A DNA stretch of 62,861 bases, counting the filler, from Chiloscyllium plagiosum (lineage: Eukaryota), in the NCBI RefSeq assembly GCF_004010195.1. It is 4 parts of one record of this genome, joined end to end, with 100 filler letters (N's around TTAATTAATTAA, not from the genome) between each part and the next. Parts side by side here need not be neighbours in the genome. Positions count along the whole stretch, not along the records: positions 55,911 to 62,861 come from NC_057716.1; 3 more parts are not named here. One strand, 5' to 3'. The notes beneath the pieces are model-generated. The model saw nothing but the letters and a program-made list of their open reading frames with translations, was not told where the DNA came from and ran no database searches. The position numbers were made by a program, and so were the translations under genes. Positions 60,715-62,861 of this stretch are shown piece by piece (the first letter of the stretch is position 1; each line of letters starts with the position of its first letter).

Positions 60715-62861
60715 TGTCCCCACCACTACTGTACCCCAGTGTGATACACTGACAGACCTGTCCCCACCAGTACTGTACCCCAGTGTGATACACTGACAGA
60801 CCTGTCCTCACCAGTACTGTACCACAGTGTTACACAGTGATAGACATGTCCATGCCAGTACAGTACCCCAGTGTTATAAAGTGACTGACCCGTCCCCACC
60901 TGTACTGTACCCCAGTGTTATACACTGACAGACCTGTCCCCACCAGTACTGTACCCCAGTGTTATACAGTGATAGACCTGTCCCTGCCAGTACAGTACCC
61001 CAGTGTTATATACTAACAGACCTGTCCCCACCAGTACTGTACCCCAGTGTTAAACAGTGACAGACCTGTCCGAACCAGTACTGTACCACAGTAACATACA
61101 GTGACAGACCTGTCCCCACCAGTACTGTACCCCAGTGTGATACACTGACAGACCTGTCCCCACCAGTACTGTACCCCAGTGTTATACAGTGATAGACATG
61201 TCCCTGCCAGTACAGTACCCCAGTGTTATAAAGTGACTGACCCGTCCCCACCTGTACTGTACCCCAGTGTTATACACTAACAGACCTGTCCCCACCAGTA
61301 CTGTACCCCAGTGTTATTCAGGGACAGACCTGTCCCCACCAGTACTGTACCAAAGTGTGATACAGTGACAGACCGGTCCCCACCAGTACTGTACCCCAGT
61401 GTTATTCAGGGACAGACAGATCCCACATAACTACAGTACCACAGTGTGATACAGTGACAGACCTGACTCCACCAGTACTGTACCCCAGTGTTATACAGGG
61501 ACAGTCCTGTCCCCACCAGTACTGTACCCCAGCGTTATACAGGGACAGACCTGTCCAAACCAGTACAGTACCCCAGTGTTATACAGGGACAGACCTGTCC
61601 CCACCAGTACTGTACCCCGGTGCAATACAGTGACAGACCTGTCCCGACCAGTACTGTTCCCCAGTGCTATACAGTGACAGACCTGTCCCCACCAGTACTG
61701 TACCCCACTGTTATACACTGACAGACCTGTCCCCACCAGTACTGTACCCCAGTGTTATACAGTGACATACCTGTCCCCACCAGTACTGTACCCCAGTGGT
61801 ATACAGTTACAGACCTGTCCCCACCAGTACTGTACCCCAGTGTTATACAGTGACAGACCTGTCCCCAACAGATCTGTTCCCCAGTGTTATACAGTGACAG
61901 ACCTGTCCCCACCACTACTGTACCCCAGTGTTATACACTGACAGAACTGTCCCCACCAGTACTGTACCTCAGTGTTATACAGTGACAGACCTGTCCCCAC
62001 CAGTACTGTACCCCAGTGTTATACAGTGACAGACCTGACCCACCAGTACTGTACCTCAGTGTTATACAGTGACAGACCGGTCCCCACCAGTACTGTACCA
62101 CAGTGTTATACAATGACAAACCTGTCCCCACCAGTACTGTACCCCAGTGTTATACAGGGACAGACCTGTCCCCACCAGTACGGTACCCCAGTGTTATACA
62201 GTGACAGATCTGTCCCAACCAGTACTGTACCACAGTGTTATACAATGACAAACCTGTCCCAACCAGTACTGTACCACAGTGTTATACAGTGACAGACCTG
62301 TCCCACCAGTACTGCACCCCAGTGTTATACAGTGACAGACCAGTCCCCACCAGTACTGTACCACAGTGTTACACAGTGATAGACATGTCCATGCCAGTAC
62401 AGTACCCCAGTGTTATAAAGTGACTGACCCGTCCCCACCTGTACTGTACCCCAGTGTTATACGCTAACAGACCTGTCCCCACCAGTACTGTACCCCAGTG
62501 TTATAAAATGACAAACCTGTCCACACCAGTACTGTACCCCAGTGTTATACAGTGACAGACCTGTCCCCATCAGTACTGTACCCCAGTGTTATACAGTGAC
62601 AGACCTGTCCCCACCAGTAATGTACCCCAGTGTTATACAGTGACAGACCTCCCCCCAACAGTACTGTACCCCAGTGTTATTCAGGGACAGACTGGTCCCA
62701 GAAAACTACAGTACCACAGTGTTATACAGGGACAGACCTGACTCCACTAGTACTGTACTCCAGTGTTATACAGGGACAGTCCTGTCCCCACCAGTACTGT
62801 ACCCCAGTGTTATACAGGGACAGTCCTGTCCCCACCAGTACTGTACCCCAGTGTTATACAG
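60715..62861 (+). repeat. 44-bp minisatellite array (CCCCAGTGTTATACAGTGACAGACCTGTCCCCACCAGTACTGTA)
   Basis: Directly visible; runs off the right edge. Confidence 0.98.

Overview
Repeat-dominated vertebrate genomic DNA, almost certainly from an elasmobranch (shark): it carries HE1-type tRNA-derived SINEs, dense CR1 LINEs and shark-type minisatellites. The window is not one contiguous sequence. Three artificial 100-bp spacers (N44-TTAATTAATTAA-N44 at 29913, 48012 and 55811) join four pieces, and there are several internal N gaps. Only four host coding exons are recognisable: one SMARCAL1 helicase exon (+, 35235-35337), two exons of a divergent acid-sensing ion channel (ASIC) gene (+, 49673-50236 and 55418-55571) and CHPF exon 2 (-, 56560-57124). 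This gene set matches the human 2q35 neighbourhood. The rest is CR1, Penelope-like (GIY-YIG), Tx1, Rex/Babar and Gypsy remnants, solo LTRs, SINEs and large 15/19/29/44/59-bp tandem arrays. The most interesting hidden signal is a set of minimal type-I hammerhead ribozyme motifs (CUGANGA-N-stem II-GAAA-palindrome-UH) in four sequence variants of Penelope termini. They show compensatory changes in stems II and III. Many sit in ~130-nt ribozyme-headed insertions, several with target-site duplications, that truncate or invert at the ribozyme. Element and gene identifications rest on recalled family motifs, not database searches. Repeat boundaries are approximate.
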